Positions 1 to 12,721 of a DNA stretch of 64,000 nucleotides are shown piece by piece (within the stretch, counting starts at the first letter, position 1; each line of letters starts with the position of its first letter). The notes beneath the pieces are model-generated. The model ran no database searches, was not told where the DNA came from, and worked only from the letters and a program-made list of their open reading frames with translations. The stretch spans positions 4,898,001 through 4,962,000 of the forward strand of contig CM035351.1 of assembly GCA_020137815.1 (NCBI GenBank), read 5' to 3'. The stretch is from Hormiphora californensis (Eukaryota > Animalia > Ctenophora). The translations under genes were made by a program, and so were the position numbers.

Positions 1-419
1 GACCAGAGCTGCCGGGTTCAGTAGGGTCTTTGCCACATAGGCATTTCCTTGACGCCGAGGTGTGTATATGAGGCGTTTGGGTTGGGTCGCTCAAGATGTT
101 GGGAACGGGACTTGGGGTGGAGAATAATCCGGGTGTATTCCCAGGGTTAAACTGGGGGTCGATGTTTTTACGTACCGGTGTTGTAGTGAAACTGATCTCA
201 GAGAACTCTTTACCATTCCGTAGTCCGCTCGTCAACTCAGGAGTTGGACTGCTTCTTTGGCCGTCCGTCATCTTCACGACTATCGATGTCGACTTACAGA
301 GACTATCAATATCGGGTCTCTCGTCAGATAGGTTGGCTAATGTTACGGGTTCGTCACCTCCCCCGTAACGCACGCGACCAACTTCAGTGTGTCTCCCCCC
401 ATTCAGGCGATGACATATC
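1..419 (-). CDS. Probable coding exon of an unknown, S/T/P-rich protein; continues beyond the window start
   Basis: Stop-free minus-strand frame (ICHRLNGGRHTEVGRVRY...KDPTEPGSSG) after a TTCTTAG acceptor at ~420; no family recognised. Confidence 0.4.
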
Positions 420-1425
420 TAAGAAGATTTTTTTTTGAGAATCACAGATGTTTCATAGTTTCTAACTAGTAACTTCCGGCAGTGCCGACCTCTCTCTCTC
501 TCTCTCGTTTTGATTCTCAACATGCTCAGACGGCGCCGTCCCGCCAACCAGGGTTCTCCTCTCTAGAGTCGATTTTCCGGGAGATATGTTGTCAACCCAG
601 TACATAATCATGCGACAGTGTATTCAGTGAAGCTACGTACAAACAGAGGATCAAACAAACACGTTTGCCTCACCGTTCCAACAGGGAAAACGTTAAAATC
701 TGGGTGCCTTTCATTGCTAACAATTCGTAGTTTTGGCGCGCGCGACGGGTTAGGGCTATCCGTTAGGGTCTGGTTAGGGTTTGGTTTGGGGTTATCGGTT
801 AGGGCTATCGATTCTCTAACTGATACCGTTTAGTTTACTCAAATCGGCCATGTGGTTCCATGGCTATAGCCGTTTGAAAAAAGTCGGTCTAAGTATACTC
901 TTTTGGTAGCGCGCACCTGTAAACAGGCTGCAAGGCACCCAGATTATAATCGCGCCCTTCCAACAGAAACGTCAAAAACAAAGACATTTTTGGCGCCACT
1001 TTTTTAAACCCAAAGAAATAAAACTTCCGTGCGCGGCGGCGCGTTCCTAATCACCTCGTAATCTTGTCAAATCCGCGCGTGCGGTAACCTTTCACATGTG
1101 ACGGATTTGGGCTTCTGGTTCTCCAACGATTCCAATTTCCACTACTGGTATCTTTATACATCTGATGCCCGTTCCCATTATTTCCTTCATCCTTGCCTCA
1201 TCTGAGGAAAATTCCGATCTCAGGTAGCAAAATAAACGACAACAAATATAACGGTGGTTCAAAGTAATTGTATTACGGATTTATTTACACATTAAACAGA
1301 GAAAAATATTTCTGGCCACTACTTGGCGAGAAAGAAAGGGGAAATATGCACGATAGAAAAAAAAACGAATCAATACAGAATTCTAATAATAACACTGTTT
1401 CATTGTCTGTGTGAGTGTCTCTGAC

Positions 1426-2702
1426 TCAGTCCCTTCTCAGATTATCAAGTCTGGCCTGTAGCTCGTCGTCAGCACCCGATGGTTTGGCCACTTTTTCTTT
1501 TCCGCCCACACTTCCAGACGCCATTGGCATGCTGTTCAGTTCGTCATTCAGGCTCAGACCCAACTCGTCCAACACTTGATTCACCAGCTGGTCACTGTGG
1601 ATAAAATTGAAGGTTAGGATATGATTTCAAATGGCATGACATTGTCAAAATGAAAAGAAATCCAGGGAACAAATGTCACGTGACCAGGGAAGGGATGTGT
1701 AAAGCGCGCGCAAAAATTGTGACGGCAAAATGGTGTGACAGAGAGCGTCCTAATGTTGCTCGGTCACCGCGCGTTACGCAAAGTTGAGTTCGGCGAAAAA
1801 GTGGGACCGAGGGGAGCAATGGGACAATGGAGTGTTTTTGGACGCGTAAAAATTGTGTAAATATGTGGCACCTTTCTTCTTCGTCCTCCTCAGCTCCCAT
1901 GACGTCATCGACGATATCATTCATCATATCCTCCTTCATATCCATCATATCAGCCTGGGAAGAGAGAGAATTGGGTGTTAGGGAGAGGGAGATAATGGAG
2001 GAATGTGATTCGATTTGCAGTATGAGAGATAAAAAAGGGTTTTAAATCACCGAAATACACAAAATGAATACTTGAATTTAGCATGTCTGTGAATGGTTGT
2101 AGCGGAGTGGGGCTACAAACAACAGTGAACATGCAAGGGTTATCCCAATATTTTCCTAACCCCCAGGGGGGATGAAAGGGAGGGGGCTTTTGGAACTCAC
2201 CTCTTTCTCAAACTCCATCATTATTTTCTGCATCTGAGGCATGTTCATCTGTTTATTCATTGCTCCCATTGCCTTCGTTACACCCTTCATCGCATTGGCC
2301 ATGGCACCTTGTGATTTCAAAGTTGTGATCTTCAGCGAAACAGCCTGGATGTTAGCCTTCATCATGATAAACTTTTTGACGTATCTCCGTGTCCTCACCA
2401 GATCCTTGGCCATTATTTTCACTGCCGCCATCTCACCCTGAGCTGCCATTTTCTTGATATCTGCTATGATCTGTTTCTCCTGTCGTTCCAACTTTACACG
2501 CTCCCTATCTAAATCCCTGTGTGATGAGAGATGATTAGGATACACAATGGGAACCATCCCTCCCAAAAAAACAAGAATTATTCCCCTCACCAATTAATTA
2601 CAAATCCCCTACTAATTATTACCTGATAGCACGGTTGAGAGCCCGCTGATTTTGTTTCAGCATCTCCTCAGGAGATTTCTTCCTTCCAAATAAAAAGGAC
2701 AT
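1426..2702 (-). CDS. CHMP2A: ESCRT-III subunit CHMP2A/Vps2; exons 2702-2623, 2516-2201, 1954-1872, 1594-1426
   Basis: Spliced translation MSFLFGRKKSPEEMLKQNQRALNRAIRDLDRERVKLERQEKQIIADIKKMA...DDELQARLDNLRRD*; Snf7-family sequence with C-terminal MIM1; GT-AG introns in phase. Confidence 0.95.
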
Positions 2703-2908
2703 CTTGACTCGTTACTTGCTGTGTATCAACTCCCTTTACATGTCCAGGTCTAGCTAATGGGAATGGTTGTATTGTTCAAACGTTCTCAGGATCAATTGCA
2801 TTTATCAATAATATCATGAACATTGCGTTTAAAATAAGCGGAATTGGTGAGAAAATTGGAAGAATTTACAACAAACAATACAAATACACACACAGGCCCC
2901 TCAATACA

Positions 2909-3769
2909 CTACTGTAAAACATAGTATTTCACTTTAAAAAGCTCTCTTGGAAAGTGTCGCTGGACTTGTTCCTTGACTAGCTCACACCCAGCACGGGAAA
3001 ATATCTGCTTTAACTGTAGATCAGATCTTGTGATACTACTATCATCTGAATCGACCATACTGCCTGATTTAGTTACATTGTCCTTGATCAATATGTACCC
3101 TCCCTCTCTCAGACCCGCTTTGAATCGTTGTAACATGGTTATGAAATCAGTATCAGATAGATATATGATAACCCATTGCAACCAGAACAGATCATATTTG
3201 TTAGGTTCGGGTTTGAAGTCCTGTAACCCCACACAATGTTGAGCACTGACCCTTTTGAACAGGTCCTCCCCTATGAACTTCTCTGCGCTATCAAGGTGCT
3301 CCTGGCATGTGTCCAACATTTCAACTCTCTCAAAACAGTTCAGCAGGAGACCTTTAGTAATCCTTCCTATCCCTGCCCCACAGTCAATAGCTAGGGTCCT
3401 GTTAACCGGATCAGGGAGTAGTTTAGCCAGGAATTCAGCCGATCCAGCGAGATCAACATGAGTTATGTGTTCATATCCACCTAACATACCATCAACAGTA
3501 CTGGGGACAGTTGTCCAATAGTTGTGAGATGTACCATACCATGTCTCCCTGTCTCTCATCAGCTCCTTCGCACTCTCACTCCGAACCACAAAATCATTCT
3601 CTCCTGTATCTTCCCCAATAGTGCTCTCATTGGCAATACCAGTAGCAGGTAAGGTACCCTCTTTCACTCCAGCAAGAGGCGATGTGCTATCCTTCCCTTC
3701 AGCAAGATCTGATAAAGAGGGAATATCTTCTGATGATGGTGTTGTGCTGTTCGGATCAGAGTTCTCCAT
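2909..3769 (-). CDS. NTMT1: N-terminal Xaa-Pro-Lys alpha-N-methyltransferase, single exon
   Basis: YWTTVPSTVDGMLGGY, DCGAGIGRITK SAM motif, WLQWVI, IKDN, DDSSITRS, FPRELFKV. Confidence 0.93.
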   Translation of the reverse strand: MENSDPNSTTPSSEDIPSLSDLAEGKDSTSPLAGVKEGTLPATGIANESTIGEDTGENDFVVRSESAKELMRDRETWYGTSHNYWTTVPSTVDGMLGGYEHITHVDLAGSAEFLAKLLPDPVNRTLAIDCGAGIGRITKGLLLNCFERVEMLDTCQEHLDSAEKFIGEDLFKRVSAQHCVGLQDFKPEPNKYDLFWLQWVIIYLSDTDFITMLQRFKAGLREGGYILIKDNVTKSGSMVDSDDSSITRSDLQLKQIFSRAGCELVKEQVQRHFPRELFKVKYYVLQ

Positions 3770-3828
3770 TGCTAGATAGAAACAGTGAGTTGTTTTATTT
3801 ACAAAGATACAATACAATGTACATGTTA

Positions 3829-6800
3829 TCATTTGTTCTCGACCACAACGACCCTGGCCCCCGTGCACTCAGCCCTCCCCTCCCTCACTGCCTCCCTAAT
3901 CCTGGCAAACTGAACCCCACTGTAACTCAGATCACACCTTCCCAGTGTGTCAGACAGAGAGGTCACTACCTCACTATCTACATCACCAGTGTCAGTATCT
4001 TGAAGGGTAATCTGGGTAGAATGTGTCCCAACAAGGGTGAGATTAGTTAGTCCTTCCACAGAGATGGGGTTGGAGGAGAGGTCCAGAGAGGTGAGGTGAG
4101 GGTGCCGCATAAACAGCTCCGGGATGGCCTCATCGGACAGAGAGTTGTGCCGGAGGGAGAGAGTTCTGAGCGCCCTCAGGGGTGAGAGGATCGGTTTGAA
4201 GGTGGCGTCCGTTAGGTTGCAGTTGGGTAGAGAGAGGGAGTGGAGGGAGGGTGGTAGTTGGAGGGAGGAGTGTAGAGAACATCCACCAAGGGAGAGTGAC
4301 TTGAGAGAAGTTGGGAGTATTGGGAATTCTGAAATATTGTTTTCTGATAAATCCAGTGTTTGAAGGGGTATAACAGAGAACTTGTCTGACAGTTCGGGTG
4401 GGACAGGAAGGGAGCTGGTTAGACCACAATTCCGGGCTCTGAGCGTCTCAAGATTACCCAGAGACACAACACATTCCAGCACAATCTTCAATTCTTTGAG
4501 GTTGTTGAGGTCCAAGGTGAGAGCCCGGAGGTTGGTGAGGGGAGCGAGGTTAGGAAGTGAGGTTAACCCACAACATGTGAGGTTTAGTGAGGTTAATGAG
4601 GTTAGGGAGGTGAGAACTGATATATCACCAGGCAGCCTGTTATAAGAGAGATCAACAGAGGTGAGAGTAGTACACCCGTAAACAGCTGAGAAAAGTACAT
4701 CCAGCTGCTTGTGACTGGCTCTAACCCTTGGTATGTTGAGAGATGTAGCGGTAAGAGTTGATAGTTGCCCCTCTCCCCCACATAGTGCTGCGTATTTAGC
4801 CACCACCCCACTGACACCTCCCCCTATAGTAACATGGTACTCCCCTCCCTCCCTCAACACCAAACACGCCCCATCCTCTCCGTCCAACTCAGCCCCATCA
4901 GGCGTGGCCAGGGAGAGGGAGCCAGGAGGGGTGTAGCCCCGCTTAGCTGCATATCTCTGGGCAACGCACCCCAACACTGCTGATATCGTCTGGTCTGGTA
5001 GCACGGGGATTAGGAATGTCATATCCTGGACTTTGATCTTGACACAGATCGAGGAGGAGGTGGTGGGTGCTGGTGAGGGGGTAGGTTGGACAATGACTCT
5101 CAGTTGGTCCTGTACTTTAGGAGTTAAACCAGTAGAAACAGGAGAGGGGGCACGAGATGGTATGTCACTAAAAGGGTCCTTAGAAATCCTCCTCTTGGCA
5201 GCGGATGGCTCATCATCTACCAGCCAATCATCCAACATCCTGCCCCTCTTTGTTGGCGGTTCAGATGACCTCCCTCCTTTCTTCCTACCTCCTCCGCCCT
5301 GTTTATGTGTTACAGCAGGGGACCTTCTTGTTGGTACTGCACTGTCCGATCTCCGTGTCGTGTTCACACCACTCTCAGATTTCCTGTTCACAGAACTTCT
5401 AGCAAACTTCTCGATCTGGTCCCGGCTGTAGTCTTGCGTGCCGCCCTCTCCCGTTGTGAACAAATCCCCATCAACTTGGGGCCCAAGTGCTCGGGTTGGG
5501 GTTTTCTTTATTTTAGAAGGTGGGTTCTTTATGGCTTGAGTGAGGTATTCTACCACCAGTTTCCGGTTATCATCACCATCTCCCTCTTCAAGGACATCCT
5601 GGGTGATTTGGAGTGGTGTTCTGCCCTCTTCGTCCCTGGCCAGCACGTTAGCTCCGTGGGATACCTGTCAGGAGGATTAGGAGTCAGATGGAAACTGAAT
5701 TTGTGCAGTGAAAAAACGTGGTGAAATAGTGTGAAATCTGTAGTGGCTAGTGTCATGGCGTGTACTCATTAAGAGAGAGAGGCACGCTTTGGTAACAGCA
5801 CTGTGTAATTTAGGCTAGTGTTTATATTGACCGATTGAAATCATCGGACATTCAGTAAAAGCCAGGAAATTAAAATGGGGCTCTAAAATCGGGTTGAAAG
5901 GACAGACCAACTCACCAGGAATTTGACGATTCCAATAAATCCCCACTGTGCAGCATCATGAAGTGGTGTCATTCCCCCGCATTGGTCCCCGCCCCTGTCA
6001 TTGAGATCTGCCCCTGCCTCAACTAGTAACCTCACTATTTCCTCATATCCGTGTTCACATGCCTCGTGGAGTGGTGTCCACCCTGCGTGATCCCGGGTCC
6101 GAGGGCTGGCGTGTTTCGCCAACAACTCACGTACCTGGCGGAGAGGAGGTGTCGTAATTGTTACGTAATCAAACATTGTAACGTAATTCTGACGTAATTG
6201 TGACGTAATTAAAAATTCTGACGTCATTATACGCGGTGTTTATTTTGGATATACAAGGTGGATGTAGTGGCTAGTGTCATGACGTGTACTCATTAAGAGA
6301 GAGGCACGCTTTGGTAACAGTACAGTGTAATGTAGGCTAGTGTTTATATTGACCGATTGAAATCACCGGACATTCAGTAACTGGCCTGGTACGTAATGAC
6401 GTAATGACGTAATTAGTGGGATATATTTCAAAATTACCTTTTCAGTTTTCCCTTGAATGCATGCTTGGTGTAGCGGTGTTTCTCCCTTCTCATTAACCTT
6501 CCACACTGGTCCTCTCTGTCTCCTGGTGCTGGTGGTGGGTGCTGCCTCCCCATCCCCTCCTCCTCCTCCTCCTCACTCTCACTGATCTCCACATCAGACA
6601 CAGGTATCACACTACTCATCTGACTATTCTCCTCCTCCTCCTCCTCAATCCCCTCCAGCTCCTGACCAGCCTCTCTACCCAACTCCTCCTCCCCAAACTG
6701 TCCAGCTATCTGGACCATGGCCCGGAGACACCTCGCCTTATCAGCAGGACACCTTGCCTCACTGAGCCCAGCCTCTACCGCATCTCTACAATCTTGGAGA

Positions 6801-8391
6801 GACTGGCCTTGTTGGAGTGAGAGAAGTGCAACATTTACCCAACCCTCAGAGGAGGGATTACCCACAATGTGCTGGGTATAATGGTAGGTGGCTAGAGAGA
6901 GATCTCCCTCCTCTTTGTAGCATGCTCCCAGTCTCTCGTGGGTCGTGTGGGGGTGGTCCCCTCCCCGCATCTCCAGTTCTCGTTTTAGCCAGGGAATGGC
7001 GGCGGAGTGTAGGCCAAGGGAGATGAGGAGGAGGGATAACTTTTCGAGGATTCCGGTCTCACGATCTCCTGCGGAACCTGGGAGAGGGTGAGAAGGTGAA
7101 CTTATTGAGAAATAATTGCTCACCAAGTATAAACTCTGTGAAATTCGATAGATCTATAGAATCGGATCTAGTTTTCAGTCCCAGAAAGGTAACTAACCGA
7201 AGTCAATCTGCTTTGTCTTCCCAACAAGTTTACTAATTTTGTAAACCCGGGCAGCAGTGTCCAAGTCCATGTTTCGTTTCAGGGCATCTTTAGCACTTCT
7301 TCCTGCTTCCTCTATCTTTTTAAGATGAAGTTGGACCGAGGCCAACATTTCATAACTCCGATCCGGCTCTAGACCAGTCTTAACCGCCTGGAAATATATG
7401 AGGGATGGAATGAAGTCGAGACAAAACCTAAAAACACCAACCAGCCCCTATATATATTCAGAATTATCATCTCACCTGTTGAGCGTGTGATAGCGCTGAA
7501 TCAAGTTCTCCTCTCTGCAAACAAGTCTCAGCTAGATGCAACAAGGCCTGCAGTCCTAGTCTCTTTATCAGGCTACTCCTACTCCTCACAGCCTCAGTCA
7601 TGACTTTCTTCAGGAAACTCTCACTCAGCTCAGGGTTCACTTTATCATACAACAACCCAATATTGAGATGCAGACTCGCCTTCATCTCCACTATCTCTTT
7701 ATCCCCCAACACCCGCTCCTGTCTGAGGGTATCAGTGAGTTTCAGAGCGGCATGGTAGTGTTTAGCGGCTGATTTCCTGTGTCCCTCCTCCTCTGTGGCT
7801 ATCAACCAGCAGTAATGAGTTCTACCCAGGGTTGCATGGGCCCTCTGTACCTCCACCTTGTCACCCTGATCCTGGCTAATGGCCAAATATCTCTCCTGGT
7901 GGGTCGATGCCTCCTCAAACTCGCCCACCTCCGCTAGGACTTCACCCACTTTACGGTGAGCTACAGCGATCTCTATCTGTCTGCCCAGTCGTTCACTGAT
8001 GGAGAGGTCTAAACGGTGGAAACGGAGGGAGAGGGTGTGGAGAGAGGCTTCAGAGAGGATCACACCTATTGTGTTGCAGATCTTGCTCTGTTCTGATAGG
8101 TCTCCTGAGGGTTAATTAGTTCAGAGGGGGGGGCTAATGTGGGGGAAGTAATCGTTAAGTAGCACGGAATCCATAATTATGGAATGAGGGAAACAAGGGG
8201 ATTAGAATGGGATGGGGAGATGTCAGAACCTTCACTGGCTCTGCACAATCTAGTGTACCTTTTGATATGGCTGATTTGAGGTGTCGTTGAAGTGTTTTCA
8301 CCTCTGACCTCGCCTCCTTATCCAACATTGCCATCTCCTCGTCAGATAACTTCTCCCAACCATCCTTACCACCACCACCACCACCACCCAT
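3829..8391 (-). CDS. TONSL: Tonsoku-like DNA repair protein (TPR - acidic linker - ankyrin - ubiquitin-like - LRR), multi-exon
   Basis: AVAHRKVGEVLAEVGEFEEA and EVQRAHATLGRT TPR segment; ankyrin GWTPLHEACEHG..GGMTPLHDAAQWG; LDDWLVDD; VKIKVQDMTFLIPV ubiquitin-like; C-terminal LRRs. Exon boundaries partly approximate. Confidence 0.9.
5736..5864 (-). ncRNA. Candidate box H/ACA snoRNA, copy 1 (TONSL intron)
   Basis: Hairpin (GGCT..CCGAT/ATCGG..AGCC), H box AAATTA, hairpin (AGTG..GCGTG/CACGC..CACT), ACA plus 3 nt; ~129 nt; near-identical copy in the next intron. Confidence 0.6.
6260..6387 (-). ncRNA. Candidate box H/ACA snoRNA, copy 2 (TONSL intron)
   Basis: Same architecture; H box ACATTA; the two upper-stem substitutions versus copy 1 give G-U wobbles. 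Confidence 0.6.
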
Positions 8392-8812
8392 TGTCAATTG
8401 TGACACTACCTTCTTCTACGAGGACACCGCTATCACCAACCGCTATCACTAACCGCTATCACTAACAGCACTAACAAAAGGTAACGAGGTAACCTGTGTG
8501 GGAGAGGGTTCGCAATATTGCTCAATTCAAAGTGATACACTTCATCTGATTGGTTGTTCTCAATTTGTTAACTAAAATACACCAAAAAAGGGGGCGCTAT
8601 GATACACAATTACACACATCAATCAAATAAATTCAATCCAGGAACAAAAACATGTGAGACAAACGATGACCATAATATAGGTATGTGGGCCGGGGTATGG
8701 GAAATCAACACACAAAACACCCAGACTCGAATCGGCTCTCCGGATTATACTTTTCAAAACACACGCGACACTGTATGATCGATGATACTATTTAAAACCC
8801 ATGTATGAAGAA

Positions 8813-11275
8813 CTAAGATCCCAGGATGCTGTTCATATCCTTTGTCAGCATGTTCCTACAGATACCCATATAGAACGATTTCTTGGAATTGTAGACCTCA
8901 ACCGCTTTCTGGGACTGCTCTGACCACTTAAACAGGTCCCGGTAGATTGGTCGGACGTACTTCATCCGACCCTGCCTGCTGACAAAGGCCAGGGCAACGG
9001 GTACAATGGGCTCAAATCGGGCCTGGATTGCCAATCTACACCACCTGAATTAACAAGAGGCATATCAGAGATCCTATTTCAGGTGTTAATCTGAACACTA
9101 AGCCTATTTGTATTTAGACCATACACCATACATCTCACAGCGGGATGGCAATGTCATCATGACATCCCTTCTACTCAGAGAAAGATCATTGTTATGTTCT
9201 AGCTCTCCCGGAGCGCACGGAGAGGGTCGAGCTAGGCAAGGAGATAATACCACAACAACTACCCAGGGAGGGTGGACAACTTACGAGTTAAGGATATCAC
9301 AGTTCTTGTAGGTTGAGAAGTTGAATAATTTATCCAGTGTCTGTACAGTTTCGAGTGTCGCTGTTTCCCGTTCGAATAGCAGCGTCAGGGTAGCTTTCAC
9401 CTACACACATTACATTACACATTACAGTTTACATACAGGCCATGGTAGCATTCACTATACATAGACACACACCCAACACACATATTTGAACATGGTAGAG
9501 ACAGCTCAGGCGAACAGAAAACACACATTTTACACGCATGCGCGTAACTTGATAGGCAGTACTAAATTACAGTGTACACACACTTCTTTGAACAGACAAA
9601 AACAGACATACAGACAGACAAAGACATACAGACAGACAGACAGACAAACGGACAGACAAACGGACATGACAGACAGACAAACAGACAGAAAGACAGACAG
9701 AAAGACAGACAGACAAACACCGACCTGTTGTGGTGTAAGTCCCTCCAGGTCACTCTCAGCCACCTTCCCCTCCGCCCACCGTCCCACCAACCCCTCCACA
9801 GCCTTCTGCAGAGACCCATCAAACTCCGGAACAACCAGAGGCATACCTGGTTTGGTCAACCACCCCTCCCAATCGACCTCAACCCCAGGGAATTTGGACG
9901 AGAAATAGGATACAAAGTCCTCAGATTTGATGCTCTTGTATGCAAAGTGCTGGATGTAATCTCGCAGAAAGGGATCCATGACAGATGGACCACCCACCAG
10001 GTTCTCAAGATAGAACAGGAATGTAGACCCCTTCTCGTAGGGGACAGAGGAGAAAGCATCATCAGGATCAACCCCCTCCAGGTCGACCTTCAGAGCAGTA
10101 AGAGGATTGTCCTCACCGAACAGACTAATGGCATCCTTTAGAGAACTCTGCCCGTTCAGACTTGCAGCATGTCGGATAACCTCACCCTTCTCAGGACCAC
10201 CCAACTGTTTCAGAATCTTTCTCTCCAGGAAGACCGTGAACCCTTCATTCAGCCAGAAGTGCTCCCAATTAGCGTTAGTAACAAGGTTCCCCGTCCAGCT
10301 GTGTGCTATCTCATGTGCTACCACGTTTACTAAACTTCTATCTCCAGCCAGGAGGGTTGGGGTAATGAAAGTGAGACAAGGGTTCTCCATGCCTCCGTAG
10401 GGGAATGATGGAGGTAGAACTACCATGTCGTACCTACCCCACACATACGGTCCTGCAACTGCCTCCGCTGCCTGGAGAATCTCCTCTGTTTGGGCAAACT
10501 CCCACTCACACTCATCCAACAAGGGTTTCTCACACCACACTCTCACCCGGTCACTAATATCACGGTACGAGATATCACCCACCACAAGGGCGATCAGATA
10601 CGCTGGGATTGGGACTTTCTGGTGGAAATGGTAGGTTGTAACACCACCCTCACCCTCGTCCTTACCAGTGCTAACAGCTGACATCACCGCCACTAGAGGG
10701 TTAGCCACCGTGATGTGGGCTGTATAACGTGCCTTAACAGAGGGCGTGTCCTGACAGGGAACTATAGACCGGGCATGGATGGCCTGGTTCTGGGTGAACA
10801 GATAGGGATGGGAACCGAGGGTTTGCTCAGCAGCCAGGACTTGTACCCCACTAGCCTCAGGGGAGGTATGGTAGGTGATACGGAGTGCAGTGGTGGAGGG
10901 TACCAGAGTGATGGTTAGAGCAGAACCGAAATCAGCGGGAGAGATAGTGAAATCAAGGGCAGCACTGTCAGCAACATCAATAACACTAGCAATGGTCAGA
11001 TCCTTGATATCCAGAACAAAGGAGTTACAATCAGAGTTAACCCTCTCAAACTGAATATCCGCATGTCCTGTCATAACAGCCGTGTGGAGGTCCACAGCCA
11101 GTGTCATTTCCAGGTGTGTAGTGCGGATCACCCCACTGTCCGAGGCAGAGGAGGGATCAGGACGGCTCATATTGTTCTTACCTACAGGAAGGAGACGCGG
11201 GTAGGTTACCAGAATGAGAGAGATGACAAGGGTAGCGGCTCCTGCCAAAAGGGTGTTGGTATTACCAGTGATCAT
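8813..11275 (-). CDS. LTA4H: Leukotriene A4 hydrolase / M1 aminopeptidase; exons ~11275-9725, ~9400-9284, ~9044-8813
   Basis: GGMENP, HEIAH-x18-E zinc motif (VVAHEIAHSWTGNLVTNANWEHFWLNEG), DPDDAFSSVPYEKG, C-terminal QGRMKYVRPIYRDL. Confidence 0.95.
9566..9722. repeat. (CAGA)n-type microsatellite in an LTA4H intron
   Basis: Degenerate acagacag tandem run. Confidence 0.85.
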
Positions 11276-11405
11276 ATTACACACGCTCAATCATGGAGCT
11301 ATATTGTCCCATGTTAGTGTTAACCCACACATCAGGCCCATTTGGGGGGAGACATAACAAAACACAGAATTTTGGAATGGATAAAAAAGATTAAATTAAT
11401 TCAGA

Positions 11406-12137
11406 TTAATCCTCATCTTCGTCGGCGTCACCGCCTTTGCCGCCAGCCCTCATCCTCTTCCTCTTCACGCGGCCCTCTCGTCCGCTTCCGTAGGGTGAGT
11501 TGATGGCGATATCGATGTGCTTCTGGGCATCCAATCGAACAATAAAGGAGGGGATGTTGACAACCTGCTTCCTCACTCGGATGTGCTTCTGTCGGATGAG
11601 CACTCGGGCGTGATGGATGCTCTTGGCAAGACCGAGTTTGAACACTTGGGTCTGCAGGCGCCTCTCTAGGAAATCCTCAGGCTTCAGTCCCAGGACGTAA
11701 TCGAGCTTCATCCTGTTCTCATCGAGCACTCCAATCCTCACCAATCGTCGGAGGATGGCATTACCCTCGAACAGTCGTCGGGGATCCTTATCGTCAAGGG
11801 TCAGCAGCTCTCGAGCAGCCTTTCGGATCTTGGCAAGGGTGTACTTGACCCTCCAAACCTGGGAGAGACAGTGGTAACACCGTGTTAGCTTGTTCAGCGA
11901 TTTAACACCTGAGGTGAAGAGGCAAAGGTCACAGATCCATTATTGGGATCTGACGAACAAAACCCTTCTCTAACTTCCCACATAACACTTTTAAACATAC
12001 AATCACAGACTTATATATACCTCTCGCTTGTTTCGGAGACCGAATTCACCGATGAGCTTCAGCTCATGGTCAAGTCGCTCCTTCTCGAAAGGACGCCTGG
12101 GGGTTGTGTACGTCTTCGAGTAGACGATGTGGCTCAT
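11406..12137 (-). CDS. RPS9: 40S ribosomal protein S9 (uS4); exons 12137-12021 and 11858-11406
   Basis: [39 protein letters not shown]|[19 protein letters not shown]...[32 protein letters not shown]. Confidence 0.98.
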
Positions 12138-12721
12138 CCTTGCTAGAAAGTAGTTGGGGTTTAGAGAAAGGTTTAAAGAGGAAAGAGTGTAGGGGTGTGT
12201 TGGCTCGCGAGCCTACAAGAATATTATTTTAACACGGGGAATATTATTTTAACACGGGGAACGGGCCGCTTAGCTACTGAGCTGGGATCTTTGGCTTTTC
12301 GAAGAAAAAAATCCCGGTTTCGAGATGAAAAAGTTTTTCGCGGTTTTTTTTAAAAAAAAAGAATGAGTGCGCGGCTTGAGAATTAGTAGTAACGCGCGAA
12401 AATATTGAAGAGTTACGTGCATTTAACGCGCACTAAAAGTAAGTCTGGTTTTCAAAAGTTTTTTAAAAATTCAAAATTTGTTCACCGCGTGTTTCAAAAA
12501 ACCGAGTCCCGACTCCCGCCCTGTTAACTTTTACATACCTGGTAACATGTCTGAAAATTTAGGACAGCAGCACTTTTTTAATATTGGTCTTTGTTTGTCA
12601 ATCAGAAGCGCCAAAGATCGGAAATTGGCTTTCGAATTACAGCTGCTGTGATTTAAAAACGATTTTGAAACTTATAAACTCACATCTTATCATAGCAATA
12701 AGTTTCACACGAAAAAGACTC

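Noticed and set aside
748-805. TTAGGG-like telomeric motifs
   Set aside because: Only a few degenerate, interrupted copies; not an array
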